Source: Octopus bimaculoides | Lineage: Eukaryota | Reading direction: 5' to 3' | Assembly: GCF_001194135.2 (NCBI RefSeq) | Contig: NC_069009.1 | Location: 7,644,949-7,703,509, forward strand | DNA length: 58,561 nucleotides | Shown here: positions 11,865-24,714 of the stretch, piece after piece | How the letters are laid out: each line of letters starts with the position of its first letter | Position numbering within the stretch: position 1 is the stretch's first letter | Made by a program: the position numbers and the translations under genes | Notes under the pieces: model-generated | Seen by the model: the letters and a program-made list of their open reading frames with translations, nothing else | Databases searched by the model: none | Told to the model about the DNA's origin: nothing

Positions 11865-12490
11865 ATCTCGTATAGACGTAAGATGCTATAAAAAAAATAC
11901 ACAGATTAAACGCTTGGTTGAGTGACCTTTGGAAAGGTAGAAAACCTCACGAAAAGTCCTGAGGCTTCAATGAAAATTAAATTTAAAATCTTCAATGAGT
12001 ACATACTGCCAGTGATGATTTATGACAGTGAAACATAGGCTGTCAGCACTACGATCATGAATGCTCTCATTGTAGCGCAAGGAAAATGGAACGAATCATT
12101 CTCGGCATCACATTGCACAACAAGGAAACCAACACCTGAATACAAGAGCATACGAGAGTCAACGACATCAGAAGAACCACCAAGGAGAACAAATACAGAT
12201 GGGCTGGCCATATCACATGACTAAAGGACAAGACAGACAAGATCAAAAGGCTGACCAAAGACAAGATGGCAAGATAAAGTCACCTTTTGCCTGGAGCCTA
12301 GATGGCCATGACTGGCCAGAGACAGACAGTGATGGAAAGAGTCCAGAGAGGGGTTCTTCCTTCAACCGTGATGTAACCTTCAATAAGGATAAGGATACCG
12401 GTTGACGAAATTTCGTCAGCACCAGTAAATGGCACTGTTGTATCATGTGATTCCAACGTAAATTGCCTATCATCAACAGCAGATAGCCAA
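11865..12490 (+). mobile_element. RTE LINE 3' fragment (frameshifted)
   Basis: FNEYILPVMIYDSET*A.., NALIVAQGK(M)ERIILGI.., KYRWAGHIT: RTE RT C-terminal motifs. Confidence 0.8.
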
Positions 12491-12696
12491 GCACCGAATG
12501 CTGGTGCTGACGAAATTTCATCAACAGATCATTTATACGGATATTCAACTTAATTACTATGCGGTACAACGGCTGCATCTGTCGCTAATAGCTATTTTAA
12601 ATGTTTGATCGATGTTTTAATGCGTATGTCATGCCTTCTTTGCTGAGTGATATGAATGTTGCATGCGAATGCAGATTCGTCATACGCGCGCGCGCA

Positions 12697-12731
<35 letters not shown>

Positions 12732-13599
12732 TATAGTTATGGTATATTCTGTTACGAACGTAGTAGAGTACAGTATAAAGCTGTTCCACCTTCAGATTTG
12801 ACCCTGTGCCTTCCCGTGGTAGTATTATAAGTACTTCTAGGTTTGCGTTTGGGCTTCTGTCGTGCCAGAATAGCTAATTGAAAAAAGTTTGAGTCGACAA
12901 GAAGGAGTACGGTTGGACATTTATTTTCAAACACAACAATTGTTTCTACGCAACGTAGTTCTCCAAGCGTGCAGTACTTGATTATGCAACCGTTTCCCTG
13001 CATTAAGAGATCTAGTTGTGTTTCCTCCAGCGATATGTAAATATTGTCTCCGCAAGTTCAAATTCTTGACTTCAAGAGCATCCTCTCTGTCTGTCGTGAC
13101 CTGGACACTGAGTTTATCAAACGTGTGTTGCTGCTGAAGGACCGTTGGCAGATTGCTTTGAAAGTGTAGATTAGTGGGATGGTGATTCTCCTACTGTTGA
13201 AGTAGTTGCCATTTTAAAGGGACTGACATTTGACTTCTTTGTACTGTTGATTTGTTCTTCATGGTTGCTTACACACGCGATTGTCCTTTGCTGATCTTTA
13301 AGAATCGGCCCATACGTACACATACATGGTCGTTCACATATACATCAGTATACATACTGATGTTCGGACACATACATTCACATGCACGCACGCACACACA
13401 TAAATATACATACACACATATACAGATGTGTACGCACACTCCTATACATACACATGCAAATATACGTATATATATATATACACACACGCACACATATACA
13501 TACACAGATGCGCGCGTGTATACGCACACACAAACATACACACATATATGTACATAGATACATACAGCCATACATTCTAAACATGCGGACAGGCACGCT

Positions 13600-13645
<46 letters not shown>

Positions 13646-13819
13646 NNNNNNNNNNNNNNNNNNNNNNNNNNNNNNNNNNNNNNNNNNNNNNNNNNNNNNN
13701 NNNNNNNNNNNNNNNNNNNNNNNNNNNNNNNNNNNNNNNNAAATACAACCAGACAAGCACACATGGATGGGGGAGGGGAGAGGGAAGGAGTTCACTGAAT
13801 TATTATTATTATTATTATT

Positions 13820-15360
13820 CCAGTGTGTCGTATCTGGAAAATGCAAATTTGGCGCAGGGACATCTTGGGATTTTCTCGGTATGCCTGTTTACCAAATTTT
13901 CGTTACTCAACAGAATGCACAAAGCTTCCTCAAGGCACAAGTTATATATGCTGGATGATACATTATAGAGGTGTGCATTTTTTATTATTGACCGTTCTAT
14001 TTCATATTTTATTTTTCCTTCCTTCAATCTCCATATTAGGTCCGCTAGTGATGTTGCGTGTTGCAGGCTTATCTTTCGGAATGAGGAGATATGGTTGCGA
14101 TAACGGAACTTGAATTAGATTTCGAAGGTTCTTGCGTGTGCGTATTTATGTTAAAGTGTGGTGATTTTGCATTTGTATATGATGTTCTTTTGCATGCACT
14201 GGTTCATGAGCGGGCATGCAGATTTCTTGCGACAGCTGCAATGATTTTTGTAGTTATTTGGTGACTTTTTGTTTTTGTGATGTTCCGGTTGATTAGCAAT
14301 GCCTGAAGTGTTCTTGATGTTATTGCCTGTTTTGTTGATTCTTTTTGAGTTTTTGATTGGATCCTACTATAACTATCGAGGTCGCTATCCATGTTTTTCT
14401 GTTTATTTTTATTGTTATTCCTATGCCCTGTGTTGTTTCGTTCTATTTGTTCCTTGTCTGTGGTCGTTGTTTGCATGTATATTTTTTTAATGGTTGTATT
14501 TGTGTATGTAGTACTCCATGTTGTTGGTTGTGAGGTACAATACTTTTGCTGTTTGCTTGTTGAAGATACGATGGTATTTATATGTTTTAGGGAAGCACCT
14601 ATCTAACGCTTGTGTGTTGGCATTTTGTGCGTCGTTTTTGCTATTATTGTTATTTTGTGTTTTTTTTTACTTTTACTTGTTTCAGTCATTTAACTGCGGC
14701 CATGCTGGAGCAGCGCCTTTAGTCGAGCAAATCGACCACAGGATTTATTTTTTGGAAGCCTAGTACTTATTCTATCGGTCACTTTTGCCGAAGCGCTAAG
14801 TTACAGGGACGTAAACACACCAGCATCGGTTGTCAAGCGATGTTGGGGGACAAACACAGACACACACATACATATATATACATATATACGATGGGCTTCT
14901 TTCAGTTTCCGTCTACCAAATCCACTCACAAGGCTTTGGTCGGCCCGAGGCTATAGTAGAAGACACTTGCCCAAGGTGCCACGCAGTGGGACTGAACCCA
15001 GAACCATGTGGTTGGTAAGCAAGCTACTTACCACACAGCGACTCCTGCGCCTGATAGGGTTTTGTTTATTTTTTCCTACTTTTCCATTCAGCTTTGAGTT
15101 TTTGTGTTTTTATTGTTATGTGTTTGTTGTTGCTCTTTATATTGTGTGAGTTTTCTACTTTAGGTGCGTAGATAGTAGTATTATTTAGGGTTTCGCCATG
15201 TGTGAATTTGATTTTTTCCTTATACCCAGCCCTAGATAGTGTTTCATTATAGTAAGGTGCAAGTATGTTGAATATTGTCTCATTGGCTGTTAGACATGAT
15301 ATTCTGATGGCTATGTTCCTACCTATTCCTTTGGTTATGGATGGTGGATGATTGGAGTTT
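13820..15360 (-). mobile_element. PLE remnant (RT thumb + GIY-YIG) split by a SINE
   Basis: 15060-15360: HPPSITKGIGRNIAIRISCLTANETIFN..YYNETLSRAGY; 14040-14250: CSCRKKSACPLMNQCMQKNIIYKCKIT..FKFRYRNHISSF; ends at (AAT)n ~13800. Confidence 0.82.
14668..15051 (-). mobile_element. SINE family A, full length, nested in a PLE
   Basis: Near-consensus along the whole length. Confidence 0.93.
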
Positions 15361-15686
15361 ACATTTAAGCCACTTGTAGTAATTGAATATAAATGTCCAA
15401 CCGTACTCCTTTTTGTTGACTCAAATTTTTTTCAATCATATATATATATATATAAATGCCTGTATAGATAAATATTAGAAGGATTATTATTGCTATCATT
15501 ATTATTATTATTATTATCATTATCAAATTACGACAAACGTAAACAAACAAACGAAGTTTGCTTTTAAAAGCGTTGAGATGTCTTAGAAAGTTAAAGAAGT
15601 GATTTTTCAATGGCAGGATAATGCTAATAATATAGCTTGAACGGGATAAACTACCCCTATTTTGCAGAAAAAAGTGTAGGTGGTTA

Positions 15687-15754
<68 letters not shown>

Positions 15755-15767
15755 TATTATTATTATT

Positions 15768-15953
15768 AAGGCGGTGAGCTAGCAGAATCGTTAGCACGCC
15801 GGGCGAAATGTTTAGCGGCATTTCGTCTGTTTTTACGTTCTGAGTTCAAATTCTGACGAGGTCGATAAAATAAGTACCGCTGAGTACTGAGGTCGAAGTA
15901 ATCGACTTACTCCCTTCTCCGAAATTACTGGCCTTGAGCAAAAATTTGAAATC
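15768..15953 (+). mobile_element. tRNA-derived SINE family C between (ATT)n tracts
   Basis: ggcggtgagctagcagaatcgttagc (A box), gagttcaaattc (B box); reverse copy at 20350-20563. Confidence 0.8.
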
Positions 15954-15975
15954 ATTATTATTATTATTATTATTA

Positions 15976-17349
15976 TTATTACTTCCGCCTTAGCGAAGGC
16001 GGAGTTATTGTTTTCAATTGTGTTTGTTTTTTCGAAAGAAATTGAAATATTTTATAATGAAGTATGAATAAAATAAAGTTTACGTATTGTTAAAAAATTA
16101 TTTATATGAGAAAAAAAAAAACCAGAACAATTCACCAACTTGGGTTGATAAGTTGGGGACGCTGGGAAACCTATCAAATGGCTATTGAGACACGTCAGCA
16201 CGCTTGCAGCGTTGCCGCGGTTGGTGGCGAGGCTAATGCGCTGGAACAGTCAAGCGCCCTCTCGAGCCTGGTTTGTCTGTGGACAAGATATCTCAAGAAC
16301 CGCTGGATGGATTCAGGTGAAATTTCAGGGATGTTTGGCTTCGTGACTGGCACGAATTGATTAGATTTTGGGATCGATCCGGTACCGGACAAGAATTCTG
16401 GATTATTTGTTATATTTACTTTACATGATTACAATCTTACGTCACTTTCAAGTCTTTCTCAATTATCTCTCTTTAGGCTGTTTCCAAAGTTTTATTTTCG
16501 TTTCTCTATCATTAATTTTAATCGCGTCTCTATCTTAGTATAAACTGATGAACAAAGAAATCAAACTACATAAACAAACGGCAGCTAAACCGTTCCGAAA
16601 TTAAATAACATTAACATATTTTTNNNNNNNNNNNNNNNNNNNNNNNNNNNNNNNNNNNNNNNNNNNNNNNNNNNNNNNNNNNNNNNNNNNNNNNNNNNNN
16701 NNNNNNNNNNNNNNNNNNNNNNNNNNNNNNNNNNNNNNNNNNNNNNNNNNNNNNNNNNNNNNNNNNNNNNNNNNATATTATATATTATACATACATATTA
16801 ACACTTTACAGTATACTTACGCATATACATACATCTATACATCGATCTAAAACAACAGGAATACTAAAGGAAGGCCAGAATTTAAGAGAAGAGAAAAGCA
16901 AAAGGTCTCATGCTATTCATTTAAAAATTCATGAGTAGAACTTATTACTATTACCGCCGCCTTTGAAACTATTTTGAATGGTGAATTTGTTAACTTTGGT
17001 TTGTACTTGATAAGGATAAACTATTTATTACTGTTGGTGAATTTGCTAACTTTGGCTTGTATTAGATAAGGATAAACTATTTATTACTGTTACTAAATTT
17101 TCTACAGCCGCCTTCACATTCCATGACTACCATTGAGATCGACCAGGTACCGGACAAGGATTCTGGATTATTTTTCCGGATTTTTTACTTAATTTTTAAA
17201 AGCGATCTTGTTCATTTTTAGTATTCTCGTTTGAGATAGCAGTCGAGTTTATTTCAGATATCCTCATTTTAAAAATCACCTCTGGACAATCGTGGACAGG
17301 ACGTTGTTGTTGCCTTGACGGAGGTTTGCGCTCTCTGAGTGCTCTTGTT
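15976..17349 (+). mobile_element. Non-autonomous Helentron-associated (HINE/DINE-1-like) element
   Basis: 5' acttccgcc..ggcggagtt hairpin (15981-16006), 3' sub-terminal gacggaggt (17317-17325) plus hairpin gcgctc-tct-gagtgc (17328-17342) and T-rich end; internal 56-bp tandem duplication (16979-17090). Confidence 0.65.
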
Positions 17350-17422
17350 ATTATTATTTTTATTATCATTATTTCTTGTATTTGCTAGAGGGGCATAGAT
17401 GTGGGATTTATAATTTATTTTC

Positions 17423-17461
17423 AGTAGTAGCGACAGCAGCAGCAGAAGCTGCAGTACCACC

Positions 17462-17517
<56 letters not shown>

Positions 17518-17535
17518 CACTACTACTACTACTAC
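17423..17535. repeat. Compound trinucleotide repeat (CAG/CAC/TAC/TGC)n
   Basis: Directly visible. Confidence 0.9.
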
Positions 17536-18210
17536 AGTAACAGGAAGGGGTTTTATTTGGTCAATTTATTTGTGTCAGTATGTTTTTTTCAAGTGGTTTC
17601 TCTCTGGAAATCTTTCTGAGAAAATTTCGAGTGTATGAGTGTGAGCTGTGTGTGTGTTGGGGGTATCAGGGATGTTTAGCTGTGGCGGTAGAAGAAGGGT
17701 GTTGCAAGGGAAAGTAGGCCACGAGGTCATTGTAAATTGGACACAACTTCTGAAAGTTGGTCAGTGAAGTGGCCTCGTTATTGTTGTTGTTGTTATGATG
17801 GTGGCGGCGGTGGCGGTGGTGGTGGTTATGATGATGGTGCTAATGGGGGTGGGGGTGACAATGACGACGATGACGATGATGATGATAATGGTCATCAAAG
17901 AGAAATAGAGGCAACAGGAAATGTTTGGCATGACCCTGGTAAATTGGTCTTGTTGATATACATACATGGATACACATACACACATACGCATATATATATA
18001 TGTATATGTGTGTTTCTACACACATATACTTATATATGTATGTACGTATACGTACGTATAAATGCATGTGTGTATGTATGTATGTATGTATGTATGTACG
18101 TGAGCCGTCGTAGGTGGCTAATTCTCGTGTCCACCAATATGTATTTCCTCCTGATTGAGTGGTTCTGGTTCCTCCGTGTTGATGGCGTCGATGAGAACTA
18201 AGGCCATTCC

Positions 18211-18363
18211 ATGCCTAAAATAGACAGGAACAAAGATGGTAAGGAAGTGATGGCGCTCGGCAAAGTTGTTGTTGTTGTTGTTGCATCTTGCGTCCTATTC
18301 GTTTTCTCTTCAATTCTTTTCCTTTTGATTTCGAAATGGTCAGTTCCTGTGGTGTTGAAGTGA
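18211..18363 (+). other. Candidate signal-anchor/N-terminal exon (50-aa ORF); unproven
   Basis: MPKIDRNKDGKEVMALGKVVVVVVASCVLFVFSSILFLLISKW..; donor-like sites at 18238/9 (gatg|gtaagg) and 18338/9 (aatg|gtcagt). Confidence 0.22.
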
Positions 18364-18539
18364 CGCCACGTCTGGACTTCAGTTGCCCATGTTTTTGTTT
18401 CAATTCCAGCCATTTTTACTGGTTTTGTAATAGTGGAAATAGCATCCTTCGTGCCTTTCCCCGGTGGTTAATGCACTGAAGATGATTCCATGACGAAATT
18501 TAACCTCTCATTCAAAGTACATGTGTGTATGTATTTGAA

Positions 18540-19190
18540 TCTTTTACTTGTTTCAGTCATTAGACTGCGGCCATGCTGGAACACCGCCTTGGAGTATTTT
18601 TAGTAGAATGAATCGACCCTAGTACTTATTTTTTGTTAGCCTGGTATTAATTATATTGGTCACTTTGGCCGAACCGCTAAGTTAAGGGGACGTAAACACA
18701 CCAACACCAGTTGTCAGGCGATAGTAGGAGACAAACACACACATATTTAGCAGAAGAGAGTGATTCAAGGGCCAAGAGTTTCGTGTGTTGACACTTATAT
18801 TTTCTTAACACCATATATATATATATATATATATANNNNNNNNNNNNNNNNNNNNNNNNNNNNNNNNNNNNNNNNNNNNNNNNNNNNNNNNNNNNNNNNN
18901 NNNNNNNNNNNNNNNNNNNNNNNNNNNNNNNNNNNNNNNNNNNNNNNNNNNNNNNNNNNNNNNNNNNNNNNNNNNNNNNNNNNNNNNNNNNNNNNNNNNN
19001 NNNNNNNNATATATATATATATATACGACGAGCTTCTTTCAGTTTTTCGTCTAACAAATCCACTCACAAGGCTTTGGTCCCCACCGACGCTATTGTAAAA
19101 GACTCTTGCCCAAGGTACCACATAGTTGAACTTAACCCGGAACCACGTGGTTGGGAAGCAAACTTCTTACCACACAGTCACACCTGTGCC
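18540..19190 (-). mobile_element. SINE family A with an N gap in its internal (TA)n
   Basis: Tail at 18540-18740, head at 19020-19190. Confidence 0.85.
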
Positions 19191-19221
<31 letters not shown>

Positions 19222-20174
19222 TGTTATCAGTAATGGCTCGACTTCTTTGTTCAAGGTTACATACACACACTTACTCTGTTCTCACTTCCCCTTCCCTACA
19301 TAAGGAACTACACCCATAAGCCTTTAAGGGAAAACTTGCAAATCCCAGTAGATCAGAAATAGAACTGACCTTCAACAAAAGGCAAACCCTTAAAGAGGTC
19401 ATGGATGGCCAATGCACGCACACACTCACAAACACACATACAGGCAGGCACGCAAGTGTAAACACACAAACACACGCACACACCGTTTACTCTCATCCTT
19501 CCCTTGTCCTGTAAGCAACCACACATCTACATACATACATACATACATACATACATACATACATACATACATACATACATAAGACTAATTCTCAGACAGA
19601 TTCAAGGTAGACCTTGAAAAGAGGACATATCATTGATGAGGTCGTGGAAAGCGTTGAAAAGAGTTTCACAAACAACCAACTGATTGTTTAACCAGCACAT
19701 TAAACAAGCGGATGATTATTTATTTAGTTAGTTAGTTAGTTAGTTAGTTAGTCAGTCAGTCAGATATTTAACCGACTGACTAACAATAAAGAAGTACTAT
19801 TGAACCAGTGCGTATGTTTATAAATTCGAGCCACCCATAGCTCGAATTTACCGGTCTTTTCACATAAACGCTGTATATGGCATTTGAATTCAAAGCTTGA
19901 TTGTGTAGATAGAGGTTGAAACATTTCTATTGCCGGTCGGGATTCATGATAGCCCCAAGGTAAAGTCTTGTTTTGATTTCTATCTATAGGAATATTTCAC
20001 CTGACGAGAAGAATGAATCCCTTAAGAAGTCCTTAACATCAAAAATTGCAATAGGAAATTAACCAGTTAAGACAGTTTCTACTGAGGAGAAGTAATGAGT
20101 GATATAATGGCTTTATAGCGGTGTATAAACAACAAGCAGGTGTATTGGATTGACGCTCGGGAAGCTGAGAAAGT

Positions 20175-20210
20175 CTTCTACGTTTCGAGCCTACGCTCTT
20201 CAACAGAAAG
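20175..20210 (-). ncRNA. Degenerate minimal hammerhead-ribozyme-like motif
   Basis: Minus strand CTTT-CTGTTGA-A-GAGC gtag GCTC-GAA-ACGT-A-GAAG. Confidence 0.55.
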
Positions 20211-20349
20211 GAGCAACAGAGTTTCCTGCCAGAAAGTTAAGAAATAAAGAAAATTTTCTTTAATCAATGAAAAACACTTTATTGTATTAATTATGAATAT
20301 CAAGCAAAAAATTAGTAATAAATAAGGAATAAATGGATAATTAATATTC

Positions 20350-20563
20350 TTTTCTACTCTAGGCACAAGGCCCTAAATTTGGGGGGAGAGGGGCAGTCGA
20401 TTAGATCGATCCCACTAAGCACCTAGTATTTAATTTATCGACCCCGAAAGGATGATATGCAAAGTCGACCTCGGCGGAATTTGAACTCAGAACGTAAAGA
20501 CAGACGAAATACCGCTATGCATTTCACCCGGTGTGCTAACGTTTCTGCCAGTTCGCCGACTTT
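20350..20563 (-). mobile_element. SINE family C
   Basis: Reverse-complement match to 15768-15953. Confidence 0.8.
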
Positions 20564-20584
20564 GAATAATTAATATTAAGAGTC

Positions 20585-20730
20585 ATTTGCTTTCATCTCA
20601 TTGGCATGGATTCCACGAGCTTCTGGCTATATTCTGCGCTCATTTCAGTCACTCCAATTTTATTTAACTCATCCACCGTTTCTTGGTAATTTGACGGCTG
20701 CTTTTGTTGAAGGTTTTTCTGAAAGATCCT
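20585..20730 (-). mobile_element. Tc1-like transposase C-terminal fragment
   Basis: QPSNYQETVDELNKIGVTEMSAEYSQKLVESMPMR resembles the Tc1 '..KLVESMP.R' terminus. Confidence 0.5.
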
Positions 20731-20769
20731 AACAAATTTCAATGCATTTTAAATCGGGAGAATTAAATA

Positions 20770-22000
20770 CACAGGAATCTCGCGCTTTACGGAAGTAATG
20801 CGTTTCTGGCCGTAACGTGGAGTTCCATAACGCGAAATTAATCTTCCTATCGATTTTCAAGTTATCGAGCGAGGTTGTGTTCCTACGGACTTTTTCGAAA
20901 AAGAAAAAGAAATACAAGAAAACAACAGGGAGCAAAACATACGATCGCCTGCATACATGAAAATAACTATTCCTAAATATACACATTGCAATATAAATAC
21001 ATGAAAACACAGATACGTTTCAAGAGGAACATGTTAGGAGATTGATAAGAATCGTAATATCGTAAGAGTACGTTCTTACCACAAAAGATGTTGACTACTG
21101 TGTGAGGGGTGGTGGTGGAATGAGCGTTACTGGGAGGATGAGGGACAATATTTGTCATCGTATAGTTCATTATCACCAACATCAGCTTGACGAGTGAAGA
21201 ACTTATCCAAAATTTTCTCTTGACGAGTGAAGAACTTATCCAAAGTTGTTCGATTTTTATGACGCGTCATCTCTTTGTACAGCTCAATATAGGAACTGAG
21301 CTCATTGTAAGCTCTTGTAATTTTTATGTTACCTTCACAATTGGGATCGTTATCAGCAAAAGCCTGCTGACCTTGTTTTGTAAGGGCCAACTCTTTAACA
21401 ACAATTTTCGTTGCCAATTTAAGTGGTTCATCTGTATTCTCATCTTGCTCTTTTCCTAAAAGCATCAGCTCCTCTCGAGATAAATTTCTTTATGCGACAC
21501 TAGTAATTCAAACACATCAATCTCTATGATTTCTTCAAATCCTACATCCTTTGTACAATATCTTTCCGAATTTGATGTAGACTTTCTGCTCGAGGAAAAT
21601 TTGTAAGGTCACGGAGTGTAGCTCCCTTCAGCAATCATTTTCTTCAACTGCCCAAGGTAATTTGTAGCAGCCTCTGTATGAGAGCTCACAGTTTCACCTG
21701 TCATTTTTATGTTGTGCAAATTCAGGATCTTCTTTTCAGAACAGCCTTTACTTGCCAACAAGGAATTTTCATTAGAAGTTTCACCTTCCTTCAAATCGTC
21801 ATATAAATTTTTGGCACTTTTTTGAATTACTATCGTGTTTATCCGCACATTACGCCGATTCGTTCCATTTCATCATTACATTAGATCTATGGAAGAATAA
21901 GGTCCGGACAGTTAACGGAATAGCTTCTTGAGCACTTGACATAATTTTCTTTCTGTTCTCATGTAAAGTTCACACTGTAAACGTGGCAATATTTAATATT
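20770..22000 (-). mobile_element. Tigger/pogo-like transposon remnant lacking the DDE region
   Basis: IQKSAKNLYDDLK..ASKG..LHNIKMTGE..EAATNY..KKMIAEGSYTP (CENP-B-like region) joins almost directly to the C-terminal DNDPNCEGNIKITR..YIELYKE..TTLDKFF. Confidence 0.75.
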
Positions 22001-22895
22001 TTGGCAATATGACTTAGTATAACTTCTGCATTACGGTTTATTTTCGCACAACTGCCTTCAGTTCTAATTGATAAATTCTTTCCAGGTATCTTAAATTGAG
22101 GGTAAATCCAACAGTAGCCGCGATTAATTATGCACAACGAATATGTAATAAAGAAATTGGCCTGGGAAAGATCTGATTTGTGAGAGCGGAAAATTGTCTC
22201 GTTCCTGTTGATGCAATAAGGGAAATGAAATGGAAAGGTGAATGACTGAGGAAGAGAAAGTGCTATGAGATTACGTTTAGCTGAAGTGTCACCAGATTTT
22301 ATAAACAATTCGCTCCTTGTACTTCTGATTTAAGACACACACGCACAAATGGTTAACCGGCACTAACTAAAGATTGAATGGTAACATGACCTAGTTCTTC
22401 TGAACTATGCCTATCCTTTGTCCAGTAAGGTCAAAACTAACCTCTAGCTATTTTTAGAGCTGAATCCAAGACACACATGCTACAATTCAATCGGAATAAA
22501 CTCTCCATCCTTTATGATGTCAAAGATATCAGTCAATTTGTCCTGAGGAGGTTTTTTGTCTTTTTCAACTTCATAATGCACTTTAAATGTGTACATATGG
22601 ATAGGAGCAATCAACCGAAACGCAGCGCAAGCGATATGAATGAACTCATTAATTCGACTGAATTATGAGAATAAATGAATTTATTATTCTGTGTATGCAT
22701 TCTCCGTTTTGTTTGTATTGTTAAACTTTTCTCCTTGGAATTTCAGAATTGTAAGGTACTAATATTGAAGAAGAACCAACGATAAACACTAGTACATATA
22801 CCCATGTAGAATTTTCCAGTATCGTTAATCGATATATTGCTAAACTGGTGTATGCTTAGACAATATATCCCTAGGAAAGAACAACTTCTTTCCAT

Positions 22896-22940
<45 letters not shown>

Positions 22941-23469
22941 NNNNNNNNNNNNNNNNNNNNNNNNNNNNNNNNNNNNNNNNNNNNNNNNNNNNNNNNNNNN
23001 NNNNNNNNNNNNNNNNNNNNNNNNNNNNNNNNNNNNNNNNATATATATATATAAGGGCGTTTGTGTGTTTTAACACCAGGTGTATTGACGAAAAAATATT
23101 AAACCAGTCAAAACCCTAGCAACACCCGCCACCCTGCCCCCACGATTTTACAAAACACATACCTTGTGTGTGTGTATTCGATATTGTTCACATACTTCGG
23201 GCTGCTTTTCATTCATACATGAATGCGTGCGCGCGTGTATGTTTGTATGTATGTATTATATGCGTGCGTACGTATGCACTTGCATGCATACAATCATACA
23301 TATATGTATAACGTTTAGATATGTGTGTATATTAACTCGGAAGAGAGAATTGTATGCATCTACTTATATGAATATTTAGATACGTGATCCATGTCAACGC
23401 TTAATCTTTCGATCTATCTCCGTGAATCTTTTACACGCTCTCTCCCTTCTATTTCTCTATTCTTCTCTA

Positions 23470-23521
<52 letters not shown>

Positions 23522-23586
23522 ATATGTGTCTGTGTATATATATGTATATATATGTATAAATATGTGTGCGTGTGTATATGTGTGTG

Positions 23587-23629
<43 letters not shown>

Positions 23630-24714
23630 GCATTTAGTTATCTAAATCTCTCCCTTACTCTATTGCTTCCTTTTTTCCTCACCCTCTCTATTGTGCGTGT
23701 TGTATGTGTATGTATGTGTGTGTGTGTAATAGGAGCAAAATGTAGTAAAGGGTACCTTTAATTGGAACAAGTCATTTCCGTTTGATATTTTGCACACTCA
23801 GCAATAATTTCTGAAAAGTGGACAATTCTCCGTTATTAGTACCATGGTTCAGGGAGAGCGTCATTATGAACACGAAGCTGTACTGCAGTTTCACTGAGGC
23901 AGACGACACCAGTCCATGAGCTTTATCTGGAAGCCCCCACACATGCCTGTCTGCCTGTGGTGTTTTCGATAAGGGAGCCTATTACGTGGTTTCTGGATGA
24001 CCTGTTAGAAATAATAACTAAATCATCCTCAAATGACAATCTAGTGTCGTAAAAAGAAGCGCATTCACATACGTAGCCAACGGGAGGTGGGAATGCCGTC
24101 TGGACCTTCTGTTGCCTCTCCCCGTTTCTATAACTCTATTCACAATAAACTGTTATCTTTTCTTTTTGTCGGCCCGAGAGTCTAGTAGAAGACACGTGCC
24201 GAAGGTGCCACGCAGTGGGACTGAACCCAGAACCATGTGATTGTTTTTCGCAAATTATCTAATTGTGGATCCAGTTTCCTAGTTACTCTATCCTCCAATA
24301 CCATTAGATATTGAAGTCCTAGACGATGGGTTCCCAAAGTGGGATAAATCTGCCCCGGTGTAAATTTCGCAGACACATGAAGCAAATTTGTTAATTGCGC
24401 ATTTGTACATGCTTGCTTTCTCTGTTTAATGAAAATCTAAAGATGAGGAAAATTTTTAACTCTGCCTTTGGAATTAACGATCTAATGAAAAAGTGAATTA
24501 ACCCTTGAGATTCTGCGTGGAAAATTATATCACTGCACCAAATTTTAGAATTTTCACTAAACTTTAACATTTCCATAGGTGCAGTCAAACAGAAAAGATC
24601 CACGATCTATACTGTATACATTTTAATTACTGTTTTGTTAATTAAATTATTTAATTCAAAAGAATTTAGCTTTAATATCTAGCCAAGGTTAGTTCATACA
24701 TAAGTGAAATCGTT

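Noticed and set aside
12800-13260. Complex minus-strand sequence resembling a PLE N-terminal region
   Set aside because: No diagnostic motif; similarity too weak to call
13252-13846. HTHT/CVCV/YIYI-rich ORFs here and throughout the window
   Set aside because: Translations of (CA)/(TG)/(TA) microsatellites
17737-18201. 154-aa Gly/Asp-rich ORF
   Set aside because: Built from triplet and dinucleotide repeats; splicing 17938 to 18114 meets a stop in each frame tested; no recognisable domain
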